Virus record (IMG/VR): IMGVR_UViG_3300015607_002466
Span: 13,394 to 77,393 of that record
Length of the DNA stretch: 64,000 bases
Direction: 5' to 3' (one strand)
Origin: a virus
Taxonomy: Duplodnaviria; Caudoviricetes
Positions 37,948 to 47,621 of the stretch are shown here, one piece after another; the first letter of the stretch is position 1; each line of letters begins with the position of its first letter. A program made the position numbers and the translations under genes. The notes under the pieces were generated by a model, which ran no database searches, was not told the origin of the DNA, and saw only the letters and a program-made list of their open reading frames with translations.

Positions 37948-38336
37948 AGTGCTGAACCTTTATTTTCAATCATTCGGTTTTTTACGATCGCTGCGATCTT
38001 TTCACGAATTTCGTTTGCAATAACTTCACGATATGGGACAACCACTAAGTCAAGAATGTCGGTGATAATTGCATCTACAGGCTCAGAGCTTTGAAGATAG
38101 TGATCAACTGCTTCTGGTGTAAACTTTGCTTCTTTAACCTTACCGTTGATTTCCAATGCTACACGATTGAGCCGTGAAATTGGGTCAGTTTCAACAACAA
38201 TAGTAGTCTTAAATTTCTCCAACTCAGCTTCAGTCTTCTGTAGTTTCTCGGTCAACTCCTTGATCTTGATTTCCAGCTGAAGCTGAGTTGAGAGGCGATC
38301 CGCGATAGTGATATCGGTTGCTCTCAACTCTGCCAT
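37944..38336 (-). CDS. Hypothetical protein
   Basis: 130 aa; coupled to the clamp gene. Confidence 0.6.
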   Translation of the reverse strand: MAELRATDITIADRLSTQLQLEIKIKELTEKLQKTEAELEKFKTTIVVETDPISRLNRVALEINGKVKEAKFTPEAVDHYLQSSEPVDAIITDILDLVVVPYREVIANEIREKIAAIVKNRMIENKGSAL

Positions 38337-38339
38337 ATT

Positions 38340-39119
38340 TTAATCTCCTTGGGTATTAGTTTGCGGTACTAGGATAATCTCATGGTTATTTATGATTAGC
38401 CGGAGTGTACCGCCCTTACCAACAATGATCGGGAAAGCGGTTTCGTTTTCACCAAGTGCGCCATTGATTTGACGAATCAGACCAAGGAAGACATCAGTGA
38501 TGTAGTAATAAACGAAAGTTGCTGGTTCGTCGAGGAACTCAACGTTGTCGTTCACCTTGATGGAGAAGACGTCTTGATTGGCGTCGTAGTACTCGATGAA
38601 AGCTTCATAAGCATCACCATTCTTCTTGCACATCAGGGTGAAGGTCTTTGCACCCATGGACTTTGCCGCAGAGTTGATGGTTGCAACATCACCCTTTGCG
38701 ATTTGAATGATTGCGAGTGCTTCGTCATTCACCGCCTTAGGAGCTTTGATGATGGAAGGAGACGCACAACGGAATTGGGTCTTTGCCTTGCTGCTCTTGA
38801 GGCCTAGGACAGAAACTTCGCTCTTGTTGTTGGTTTCAACTGACATTTCAAAAGAATCGTCAGTGTTGAGAACATTGATTCGTGAACGAAGAATGTTCAT
38901 ACGAGAAAGACCAAGAACTTTACCTTCTCCGCCTAGCGAAGGAACTTCTGAATGAGACAGAATCAAGCAAGTGCGGTCATCATTGATGCCGCGAATTACA
39001 GCTTGACCTTCATCGCCGTCAGGATCATTTTCGATTAGGACGTTCTCGATACCTGCAAGTAGGCAAGTTTCGATAACCTTGTTAAGCTTTTGAACACTAT
39101 CTTTAGACAAACTAGACAT
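38340..39119 (-). CDS. Probable sliding clamp (gp45-like)
   Basis: 259 aa, directly downstream of the polymerase; alpha/beta repeat pattern and length fit a phage clamp. Confidence 0.6.
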   Translation of the reverse strand: MSSLSKDSVQKLNKVIETCLLAGIENVLIENDPDGDEGQAVIRGINDDRTCLILSHSEVPSLGGEGKVLGLSRMNILRSRINVLNTDDSFEMSVETNNKSEVSVLGLKSSKAKTQFRCASPSIIKAPKAVNDEALAIIQIAKGDVATINSAAKSMGAKTFTLMCKKNGDAYEAFIEYYDANQDVFSIKVNDNVEFLDEPATFVYYYITDVFLGLIRQINGALGENETAFPIIVGKGGTLRLIINNHEIILVPQTNTQGD

Positions 39120-39130
39120 AAACTATCTCC

Positions 39131-41854
39131 TTAAAACTCAATAATTGTTTTGATAAATTGACCTTGAACCGTTGGGACTTCATGACCCCAAGCATCAAAG
39201 ATACCTTCAAGTTTGGCATCTATCATTTTTTCTTCAGTGAGCGCGACGTCAACCTTGAAGTTGTCTTCGAACCACTTTGGGAATTTCGAAATATCAGCGG
39301 GGAAGGCGATACTCTTAATTTGCTTAGAGTTACCGCGAAGGTAGAACACCTTCACTTTATCGCCAGATTGAATCAGCTTTGCGCCTGGACCTTCGTGCTC
39401 CAACGCTTGTTGGTTATACATGACTGCTGCACGAATGTGGCCTGGAAGTTTAACCTTTTTCTTACCAGTGAGTTCATATTTCTTGTACTCTTCGTACTGG
39501 TTGTCAAGGTTATTTGCGGCTCTTGCTACACCAAGTTGAATTATATCATGATATGCTTGCTTTGAAAACAGTTTTTTGCGCTGAACATTCACAAAATTTT
39601 CAATCGTTTCATAATCGATACCATCAAGAATCTGCTCAACCACGTCTTTGAGGAAGTGTTGAATCGGCTTTGGTGTATCGGCTTTCTTGATTTCTGATCC
39701 CATGGTCTTAAGCTTGTTGGTTGCAACACCTTCAAGGTCAACAACCTTAATCAGATACTTCTTCTTGGCTTGGAACAAACCACGAATACCGACGATTTCT
39801 CGGCCAGCCTTAATGAGGTCGTGGAAATCTGGCTCTTGACAGTTAAAAGCTTCTTTCATGAATCCAGGGAAGGAATCATTTACGCCTTCAGCGATGGTGT
39901 CAGCGATTTCAACAGCTTCTTCCTTGTTGGTTGCGTAGGTCAAGAAGTATGAGGAGTCAGTATCTCCATAGATAACAGGAGAATCTGCATCAGTCTCATA
40001 GAACTTAGAGGTCGTACCATCCTTGTTGATTTCGGTATAAGAAGTCAGTTTGGAGTAATTGCCAGTTAGGAGTTCTCCAATAGTTCCCATCATGTGAGTC
40101 GTAATTTGGCGACCCGTTGCAGTAACTGAAGCTCCCATTTCTACTCGGAAATAACGGAAGAAGGCGTTTAGTAGCGCACCATAACAAGAGTTTAGCTGAA
40201 TCTTTCGAGTAAGCTGTAGAAGATCGTAATACTCTTCTTGGGTCTTAGCTTCAATGAATTTTGCCGAAGTCGTATCACCAGAGTCTTCAATTTCTTTACG
40301 AATCTTGGTCCACTTCTTCTTTTCTGCTTGAAGCTTCTTACGTCCAAAGTACCAATCTTCAAGAACTGTTGGGATCAAACCCTTACCAGAAGATTGGTCA
40401 AAGACGGTACCGTACGCGGACAATGCCCACTTTTGTTCCTTGAGCATGTCATTCCATTGTTCGCCAGTCAGCCCAACTTCTTCACCATTTTCCAAGGATA
40501 GGAAGTGCATCTTGTCATCGCGTGCTCGGATACCAGACCAGTCAGCTTCACCATTGACAAATTGACCAATGATCTTTTCTGGGGAGATATTGAGGCTTCG
40601 AATAACCGATGGATAAAGAGAGTTGATGTCGACTGAACCTACCCATTCATGTAGACCAATCTTTGGAGTAAGAACGATAGCACCTTCAACCTTGTCGGTT
40701 TCTTCAGGAGGACGCTTATCTCCAACGATCTTACCAAGAACTCGGTGAGCATAGTTGGAAAGGCCAGTTTCTACGTACTTCACTGTACCAAGAACAGCGT
40801 CCAAAAGAACAGTGTTCTCATGTGACATCATGTTCGCTAGGTTGATGAACTTGAACTTGTCATCGAGACGATGCAAGATTTCGACGTCTCGTACGTTGTA
40901 CTTGATGAAGTGTAAGAAGTCGTTATTGTACAAATCAGCTAGTGAACCTTCATAGTCCAACTTTGGAATGTCAAGTTCTTCTTCGGCAATTGCGGCCAAA
41001 GAATATGAAGAACGACCTTCAAAGGTAAACTTCTTGAACAATCTTAGATAGTCAAGGTGGTTACGACCATAAATGCTTGCGGTAACTTTCTCAGAACCGA
41101 ATTGTTCAACTGAGCCGAACTTTGGATCATCAGCTCCAGGGAAACACCACTTGCGGGCGCCAGTCATACCCAAGGTTGCAATAGTTCTCTTGATCAAATA
41201 TGGAATATCATAGAACTCTGAGTTCCAACCGCTGATCACGTCAGTGTTCTCAATTTCCTTGAGAGTTTCTGTCAATAGTTCAACTTCGTTAGCGACGACT
41301 CGAAGATCGGTAACTACGTCAGAGCCAATATCCGCAAGAGACAGCTTACGTGGAAGCTTTTCGGTGAAACCTTCAGGAGGAACAACAATGGTGATGTACT
41401 CATTCTTCCATTGCTTGTAAATCGTGATTGCGTTGATCGGGCTTTGCGGATTTTCTGGTCGAGCAGTCTCAAAACCTTCTTCAGGATTGTAGTCTACTTC
41501 GATGTCGAGGAACGCATAGTTGAGTTTTGGGATCGGAGCGCCATAATAATGGTCCATTAGGATTCGATCAAGTGCGCTGAAATCTGATTCAAACTTACGC
41601 TTGTTCTTCTTTCGAGCGGTATCAAATTCTCCCTTGTCCTTAAACTCCAATTTCTTTAGAGTATCTCCAAAGATTGATACGAAATCGCCATTAGCATCCG
41701 GAACATAGAAGTAATACGGCATGTCGAACGATTTCATCGAACGGGTGCCATTCGAATCTCGTTCCCAAACATGAACTAACTGTTGGTCAAAGTCCATGCA
41801 AGCGCCAACGTAACCAGCCGTTGGCTTGTAATTTTTATCTTTAATGATTGCCAT
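39131..41854 (-). CDS. Family B DNA polymerase (T4 gp43-like)
   Basis: ExoI DIEVD; DINSLYPS, KIQLNSCYG and YGDTDS motifs; 907 aa. Confidence 0.96.
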   Translation of the reverse strand: MAIIKDKNYKPTAGYVGACMDFDQQLVHVWERDSNGTRSMKSFDMPYYFYVPDANGDFVSIFGDTLKKLEFKDKGEFDTARKKNKRKFESDFSALDRILMDHYYGAPIPKLNYAFLDIEVDYNPEEGFETARPENPQSPINAITIYKQWKNEYITIVVPPEGFTEKLPRKLSLADIGSDVVTDLRVVANEVELLTETLKEIENTDVISGWNSEFYDIPYLIKRTIATLGMTGARKWCFPGADDPKFGSVEQFGSEKVTASIYGRNHLDYLRLFKKFTFEGRSSYSLAAIAEEELDIPKLDYEGSLADLYNNDFLHFIKYNVRDVEILHRLDDKFKFINLANMMSHENTVLLDAVLGTVKYVETGLSNYAHRVLGKIVGDKRPPEETDKVEGAIVLTPKIGLHEWVGSVDINSLYPSVIRSLNISPEKIIGQFVNGEADWSGIRARDDKMHFLSLENGEEVGLTGEQWNDMLKEQKWALSAYGTVFDQSSGKGLIPTVLEDWYFGRKKLQAEKKKWTKIRKEIEDSGDTTSAKFIEAKTQEEYYDLLQLTRKIQLNSCYGALLNAFFRYFRVEMGASVTATGRQITTHMMGTIGELLTGNYSKLTSYTEINKDGTTSKFYETDADSPVIYGDTDSSYFLTYATNKEEAVEIADTIAEGVNDSFPGFMKEAFNCQEPDFHDLIKAGREIVGIRGLFQAKKKYLIKVVDLEGVATNKLKTMGSEIKKADTPKPIQHFLKDVVEQILDGIDYETIENFVNVQRKKLFSKQAYHDIIQLGVARAANNLDNQYEEYKKYELTGKKKVKLPGHIRAAVMYNQQALEHEGPGAKLIQSGDKVKVFYLRGNSKQIKSIAFPADISKFPKWFEDNFKVDVALTEEKMIDAKLEGIFDAWGHEVPTVQGQFIKTIIEF

Positions 41855-41931
41855 TTCTTTTCTCGTTGTAGTGTTATGGCTTATTTAATTCTTGGGGGAG
41901 GGCTTTAAAGCGGCCCTCCAAGCGCTATAGT

Positions 41932-42246
41932 TTAGTCGTTGCTGCCGTCATCGCTACCATCATCATTGCTGATGGTGAACATCATTTCGATGGCGTTTTC
42001 AAGGCTTTCAGCTTCTTTGAGCTTTTCGACTGCGTTGTTCTTTTGGGTAATGCCAGCAAGAACCTTGAAGAGCTTTGGATCAATATCGATCTTTTCCTTG
42101 ATGTCATCAACGATGACCTTCATGCTTTCCTTCTTGTCCTTGATGCTGTCAAGAAGCTTAACGTACTCATCGATGCTGTTGTTCAGCTTGGTGCGGTCAG
42201 CAGAGTTGTTCATGATGTCTTCAATACGACGATGTTCTTTTGCCAT
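41932..42246 (-). CDS. T4 DsbA/GapR-like dsDNA-binding protein
   Basis: Helical 104-aa protein with an ...IKDKKE.MK.IVDDIKEK...PKLFK pattern. Confidence 0.5.
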   Translation of the reverse strand: MAKEHRRIEDIMNNSADRTKLNNSIDEYVKLLDSIKDKKESMKVIVDDIKEKIDIDPKLFKVLAGITQKNNAVEKLKEAESLENAIEMMFTISNDDGSDDGSND

Positions 42247-42247
42247 T

Positions 42248-42643
42248 TTAGCTATCCTTTTGGTTATGTTTATGTGATAAAATCGAAACTACGAGTTTTG
42301 TCAGCTTATTGCCGTGCTCGTCCTTTACATCATCGCTAACTACGTAGAAACGAAATAATTCGTTCCTCGGCCAATTAGCGAGTTGACCTATCCCAGGAGG
42401 ACTTTTGTTTTCTTCCTCAAGGGCAGGGTTGAATGCGGTTTGTGCGAAGAATTTTCCGCCAGCGGCATTTAGCCCGGTTAGAACGTCAGTGACGAACAAT
42501 TGGGCCGCATCGGTACAATCTTTGTATGAAGCAAATGCTTTAGATTTGAGTTTGGTCTCTTGGAGTTTTGACAGATGTTGAAAAATCGGCAAAGCGCCAA
42601 GCTGAGCGTCAGACGTATTGACGCTAACATAGTAATTAAACAT
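42248..42643 (-). CDS. Hypothetical protein
   Basis: 131-aa ORF in an operon. Confidence 0.55.
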   Translation of the reverse strand: MFNYYVSVNTSDAQLGALPIFQHLSKLQETKLKSKAFASYKDCTDAAQLFVTDVLTGLNAAGGKFFAQTAFNPALEEENKSPPGIGQLANWPRNELFRFYVVSDDVKDEHGNKLTKLVVSILSHKHNQKDS

Positions 42644-42677
42644 GTTATTCTTCTTGTTATTTTAGTATTTTAGTATT

Positions 42678-43127
42678 TTAATTCAAAACGGTCTTCGTGG
42701 AAACGTTTTCTTTTGTGAAATGGTGATCAACATCCTTCATCATTTCGGCAATTGGGTTGTCTGACGGTTTTATGCAAGCAGACACACAAGCTTCTTTTTC
42801 GTAGTCAACCTCAACGAAAATGCTCTTAAGCACGAACGAATTCTCAATCAATTCATCGCGACTGTCGTAATCAGAAATATACTTGTCACCAAACGTAAAT
42901 TGTTCAGGTAGATCAGGGAAAAATTTGATATTGTATTTTTCCTCAACGTTCTGTCCGTCAAAACACTTAGCAATCGATGTTGCTAAGTTTATAGCTTCAA
43001 TATCGAATTTGAAATTTTCTGAGACCGCTAACACCGTCTCTATTCCGTATTTTTCTGCTCCAGGTAGCGCAAGCTTTGTTAACTCAGGAGTATGAGTTTC
43101 CAATGTCACAAAATACCGTGTTGTCAT
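42678..43127 (-). CDS. Hypothetical protein
   Basis: 149 aa; ATGA overlap. Confidence 0.55.
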   Translation of the reverse strand: MTTRYFVTLETHTPELTKLALPGAEKYGIETVLAVSENFKFDIEAINLATSIAKCFDGQNVEEKYNIKFFPDLPEQFTFGDKYISDYDSRDELIENSFVLKSIFVEVDYEKEACVSACIKPSDNPIAEMMKDVDHHFTKENVSTKTVLN

Positions 43128-44215
43128 ACTGGCCCTAAAATAAATTTGTTATTTGAAGAGATATTAATGTTTAGAGAAGTATCATCTGCGACAGCGGTAG
43201 TAGTCGCAGATTCTAGTTTTTGATCAAAGAATGTAGAAGGTGTAATTGCTGGGAAAACATCTCCTAATGCTAATGAAGTAACTAAAAGTTTAGGAACCTT
43301 TGATACGAGGGAATATTTTAGATGCTGAACTGAGCTATTAAGCTCGGAAGCTTTGATCGTGCGCGAGGTAATTCGGTCTAGAACATGAAATGGTTCTTTA
43401 GATAGCAAGAAATGAATTGAGCCTAATGGTAATGAAGTAGAACCAACGGTTGCTCCGGTGATCATGAGACGCGAATTCAAATCTAAACCCGAAATAGATT
43501 CACACGTAAACAAATCAAAATCTTCCCCATTAAATCTCACGGAATCAATATTAGCCCATGAGCATGAAGATAGACCTTGAACGTTTCTCTTAAAATTCAA
43601 AGTGCGAACAACAGGGGTTTCCGCAGAAAATACCAATACTTTGACGAATATGGTTGAAGACGCGTAAGTGTTGTACGTAATTTGATTTACGAATCGAATT
43701 ATGTTTGCGTCAGCAACAAAGGTCGACGAATCAACTTCTTGACCGTTGATGAAAAGAACTACCGAATCTGATGAGTCAAATGCCAGAATTTTCTGTTCAA
43801 CAGAATGGTCTTTACCAGAAATCGCACTCGTTGGAACAGGTAGGTTAAAAATGTATTCCTTATACTCTTGTTCCTTACTCATTATTTCTGATAAGGAGAG
43901 TACTAATTGAGAAGCAGCATTGACAGAAACCAAACCACGTTTGACCGCGATTGAGAGCTCATTAGCATCTGAAGATGCTAAATTGATGTAGTCTGGGATC
44001 GAATAGTCTAAAGAAACTCCACCTATTTTGCTGGTTTGGATTACTGTATCGAAATTTAGAACATTGTCCTTATAGTTTTTCTCACCAATAAGGCGCAATG
44101 TACCAAGACAGCCAGCCGTCAAGTTACAACGGTCAATAAACGCGTGGGTTATGTTATTGTCGACGTCAACTTCTTTGTTGCAGGTATCACATTTATAACG
44201 CTTGAACTTGTTCAT
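43124..44215 (-). CDS. Hypothetical protein with an N-terminal Zn-ribbon
   Basis: CDTC...C-x4-C at the N-terminus and a beta-rich body; 363 aa. Confidence 0.6.
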   Translation of the reverse strand: MNKFKRYKCDTCNKEVDVDNNITHAFIDRCNLTAGCLGTLRLIGEKNYKDNVLNFDTVIQTSKIGGVSLDYSIPDYINLASSDANELSIAVKRGLVSVNAASQLVLSLSEIMSKEQEYKEYIFNLPVPTSAISGKDHSVEQKILAFDSSDSVVLFINGQEVDSSTFVADANIIRFVNQITYNTYASSTIFVKVLVFSAETPVVRTLNFKRNVQGLSSCSWANIDSVRFNGEDFDLFTCESISGLDLNSRLMITGATVGSTSLPLGSIHFLLSKEPFHVLDRITSRTIKASELNSSVQHLKYSLVSKVPKLLVTSLALGDVFPAITPSTFFDQKLESATTTAVADDTSLNINISSNNKFILGPV

Positions 44216-44454
44216 TGTAGAATTACTTTCCTATAACGGCGTAGAATTACGTCCACGTCATTACAGGTGAATGCATGACCGTTTTCGAAATTCACAACCT
44301 TAACACATTTGTCATCTGTTGCTGAAACATGTACCTCAGGCAAAAGACGATATTGATTGATGTAGTTATTTATTCCGATTAGGCTAGATGTAATAATGCT
44401 CACGAGAACGGCAAATAGGAAAAGCTGCTTACCAGAAACGCTATACAAAGTCAT
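44212..44454 (-). CDS. Small membrane protein
   Basis: TM helix LFLFAVLVSIITSSLIGI and two Cys. Start reassigned to ATG 44454 (SD AAGGA). Confidence 0.55.
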   Translation of the reverse strand: MTLYSVSGKQLFLFAVLVSIITSSLIGINNYINQYRLLPEVHVSATDDKCVKVVNFENGHAFTCNDVDVILRRYRKVILQ

Positions 44455-44467
44455 TTGACTTCCTTTC

Positions 44468-44650
44468 TTAATTGGTTTTAACCTCATAGAGGTCTTCAGG
44501 ACGAACCCATTTCTTCCAGTCGAAGGTTGTATCGACTGGTGTAATCTCAACAAGGATAAGCTCCTTGTTTTTGATTGTTAGCTTCTTCGAAGCAGTTCTT
44601 CCTGTTTTCTTTACTTCGGTTCCTTCAAACACAAACGTTTCCATTTTCAC
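44468..44650 (-). CDS. Hypothetical protein
   Basis: 60 aa; fills the operon gap. Confidence 0.5.
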   Translation of the reverse strand: MKMETFVFEGTEVKKTGRTASKKLTIKNKELILVEITPVDTTFDWKKWVRPEDLYEVKTN

Positions 44651-44972
44651 TCCTAAAGCGCAAATAGCTATTTAATAGCTGTTCAATGTTCTTTGCGCCG
44701 ACAGGATTTTGGCTGTGAACGGTGAACGCAAAATCGTTTGGAATGAAGGTCATACCAAAAGCAATTCGATCCAAATCTTGAGTGATCATCCAATTGATCA
44801 CATGCATGGAAGTGTCATCACCACCAAGATCATGATCAAACGAGATAAACTCGGGACATCCATAAGACTTCATAGTCTGGATGGCTTCTTCTGAAGTTCG
44901 GGAAATATGGAAATCCCGAACAGAATGGTCAGAAGGATAACGCTCGTCATCAATGAATAAGCAGTAGCCCAT
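44625..44972 (-). CDS. Cyclic-phosphate-processing receiver-like domain protein
   Basis: LFIDDERYP, ISFDHDLG and VHSQNPVG signature. Confidence 0.7.
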   Translation of the reverse strand: MGYCLFIDDERYPSDHSVRDFHISRTSEEAIQTMKSYGCPEFISFDHDLGGDDTSMHVINWMITQDLDRIAFGMTFIPNDFAFTVHSQNPVGAKNIEQLLNSYLRFRSENGNVCV

Positions 44973-44995
44973 AATTCGCTCCTCAATGTTTGTAC

Positions 44996-45024
44996 ATTAT
45001 AACACAGAAGAGCGAATTTGTAAA
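44996..45024 (-). promoter_or_regulatory. sigma70-type promoter TTTACA-N17-TATAAT
   Basis: Upstream of 44972. Confidence 0.8.
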
Positions 45025-45025
45025 A

Positions 45026-45478
45026 TCAAGCTAACTTGAGCAGTTTAGACATACGATCTTCATGTTTTGCTTGAGCTATAACTGAGTATTGTTCAAAAGC
45101 AGATTGCGCGTTTTTGTGTAGTTCACATTTTACGGAAACCCAAAAACGATCATCCAACTTACCAGTATTCCCGCAAAGCGAGCAAATTTGAGAAGATTTG
45201 AATTCAGTTAGACCTACCAAACGCTGAAAAATTTGTTGTCGGTCTTCTGATATTCCATGCATTCCAAACGCAATTTTCAGCGGACCGTTGGTGTCTTTGA
45301 TCTGGACGATTTGTATCCGTTCAGATGGCTTGAGTTCCTTTTGGATCGCGCCAAGCAGAGATTCTACTAGAGGTATCCACCCTGGTAGAATAGTTATTTC
45401 ATATGACGAATTTCCAAAAAGATTCGAATTTCTTTTAACTAAGTCATAGATTTTATTTAGAGTTTCTTCATAGTCCAT
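45026..45478 (-). CDS. Hypothetical protein with a C-terminal CxxC...C..H Zn site
   Basis: ICSLCG...WVSVKCELH. Confidence 0.55.
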   Translation of the reverse strand: MDYEETLNKIYDLVKRNSNLFGNSSYEITILPGWIPLVESLLGAIQKELKPSERIQIVQIKDTNGPLKIAFGMHGISEDRQQIFQRLVGLTEFKSSQICSLCGNTGKLDDRFWVSVKCELHKNAQSAFEQYSVIAQAKHEDRMSKLLKLA

Positions 45479-45481
45479 TTT

Positions 45482-46090
45482 TTACCCATAGAGTTCTTGC
45501 ATCGCGAAGGTCATTAGACCTTTGATGATTTTGCAGGTTTCTAGGGTCATCAGAATATCTTCTAAAGCATTGTGGGCGCCGCGCTTATCAAATCCTAGAC
45601 GTTCAAAGAGCTGATCACTCTTGTATAGACCAAGAGTAATGAACCCAGTTGACGAAGTATCAAGTAGTACGTGGTGCTTGTTCATCGGTGGTAAACCATG
45701 ATCTGTCAACAGCTGATTGGTAAACTTTACATCAAAGTCGGCATTGTGTCCGAGGAAAATTGGCTTACCTTCAGGTCCCCAATATTTCATGATCAGTTCA
45801 CCCAAGTCCACGCAAGCCTCTTCTCTAGAGACACCATTCTTTTGAAGGTACTCTTGAGACAACCCATGAATTGCTTCTGCTTCTTTTGACCATTTGTATT
45901 TATCGGAATCAAAGCGTAATTCTCGATACAAAGTCTCAATGGGTTCAAAAGTGTCTGCGTCAAACACAACCGCGCCAAAGGACAAGCCTTGATATTTAAT
46001 GTGCGAACCTTCTGGGTGATCCCAATCGGAACCCGAAGTTTCCCAATCGATACCTAGTCCAAATTTTGGGTGATTTTTTGGCTTCTTCAT
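45482..46090 (-). CDS. DEDDh 3'-5' exonuclease
   Basis: IDWETSG, GHNADFD and HNALED motifs. Confidence 0.85.
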   Translation of the reverse strand: MKKPKNHPKFGLGIDWETSGSDWDHPEGSHIKYQGLSFGAVVFDADTFEPIETLYRELRFDSDKYKWSKEAEAIHGLSQEYLQKNGVSREEACVDLGELIMKYWGPEGKPIFLGHNADFDVKFTNQLLTDHGLPPMNKHHVLLDTSSTGFITLGLYKSDQLFERLGFDKRGAHNALEDILMTLETCKIIKGLMTFAMQELYG

Positions 46091-46127
46091 TATAGTTTTC
46101 TCTTATAAACGGAAATTTAAAAATGTT

Positions 46128-47612
46128 TTAGAAGATTTCGACGTTATATTTTTTCTTGAAATCTTCAGCATCTTGCCACGTGTCAACAAGCGGTTGACCT
46201 TTGATATTCAAGCTCGTGTTGAGCAAGATTGGGCATCCTGTTCTATTATAAAACTCTTTGATCAAATTGTAAACGTTTTCGTTCTGTTCTTTGTTTACGG
46301 TCTGAACACGAGAAGAACCATCAGCGTGGCAAATTGCTGGAAGCAGATCAGGAGTCTTACATTTGGCAGTGAATTGCATGTATGGCGAAGATTGCACTGG
46401 AAGCTCAAAGAACTCGTGTGCGTATTCTTCCAAGACCATTGGCGCAAATGGGCGGAAGCGTTGGCGTTTCTTGATGTCGTTCACTTGATCCTTGACAGTT
46501 TTACCACGGGGGTCAGCTATGAGGGAACGGTTTCCAAGAGCTCGAGGGCCAAATTCGGCTCTTCCGTTTGCCAATGCAGCAATCTTATTAGTCTTTAGTG
46601 TGTCTAAGATCTTAGCCGTCTCAAATGGTCGATCAATGTTGGTACCAAGATATGGGCCTTTCCATTCCAACTGGGTCTTAAGGAATGCGGTTATGGCGCC
46701 AAGAGATGATCCAGCATCTCCTGGATTTGGCATAATCCATACGTTGTCGAAAAGTTTCTTGCCAAACTTCGACATGCTCGCTATTTTTTCATTAGCGACG
46801 CAGTTTAGAGCAACACCCCCAGAAATAACCAAGTTCTTTGACGGAAGATTGGCAAAAATCCACCAAGCTGAAGCTAGCATATAATTCTCAACGACCAACT
46901 GAGCTGAAGCAGCAAGATCGTAGTGATCCTGCTCAGTCACAATTTTATCAGCCATCCAATCCAAGCATCCCATATGAAGATTTCTCTTCAATTCGAAATA
47001 AGGAGCATGGCTGATGTCGATCAAATCTCGTAGAAGGTCATCATAGAATCTTGGTTTACCATAGGCCGCCATACCCATTAGGATAAACTCTTCTTCATTA
47101 GGTTTAAGCCCGACTCGATGTGTTATGGCTGAATAAAACAAACCTATAGAATGGGGGTATTTTTGCGAGAATACCTGCTTTAGTTCAGATCCTGAAGCTT
47201 CCCAAATAGAGGTGGTAATAAATTCACCAATCGCGTCAACTACAAAAATACTAGCGCTCGAGAAACCAGAGGTGAAATAGCCGCCACAGGCATGGGATAG
47301 GTGATGATCAACATACTCTATTTTTGAGGTGAGTCCACAATTTTCTAAGTACTGTTTTGGAAAAGATTTCTTTACTTCTCCCCATTCTCCAGCTAAAGCC
47401 TGACGAAATTTTTTCTTAAGTGGATCCTCAAACCAAACGATCTGATCTGGCTCTCCGTATTTTCGAGCCTCTTTGATGATTTCTAGGTTTAGGTATTTGT
47501 CATTCTTTTTCTTTGAGTAACGCTCGGCATGACCAGCAAAAAGAATTTGATTGTCTTCGACAACAGTAATTGAAGCGTCATGACTTAACGCAGATATTCC
47601 CCAAATTGCCAT
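46128..47612 (-). CDS. Carbamoyltransferase (NodU/CmcH/TobZ family)
   Basis: HDAS, HHLSHA, SGGVALNC, GDAGSSLG, EFGPRALGNRS, FRPFAP and LNTSLN motifs. Confidence 0.93.
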   Translation of the reverse strand: MAIWGISALSHDASITVVEDNQILFAGHAERYSKKKNDKYLNLEIIKEARKYGEPDQIVWFEDPLKKKFRQALAGEWGEVKKSFPKQYLENCGLTSKIEYVDHHLSHACGGYFTSGFSSASIFVVDAIGEFITTSIWEASGSELKQVFSQKYPHSIGLFYSAITHRVGLKPNEEEFILMGMAAYGKPRFYDDLLRDLIDISHAPYFELKRNLHMGCLDWMADKIVTEQDHYDLAASAQLVVENYMLASAWWIFANLPSKNLVISGGVALNCVANEKIASMSKFGKKLFDNVWIMPNPGDAGSSLGAITAFLKTQLEWKGPYLGTNIDRPFETAKILDTLKTNKIAALANGRAEFGPRALGNRSLIADPRGKTVKDQVNDIKKRQRFRPFAPMVLEEYAHEFFELPVQSSPYMQFTAKCKTPDLLPAICHADGSSRVQTVNKEQNENVYNLIKEFYNRTGCPILLNTSLNIKGQPLVDTWQDAEDFKKKYNVEIF

Positions 47613-47621
47613 GGTATTCCC

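Noticed and set aside
30666-41854. Inteins or introns in helicase, primase or polymerase
   Set aside because: Lengths are ordinary, motifs are contiguous, and no Cys...His-Asn insertions were seen.
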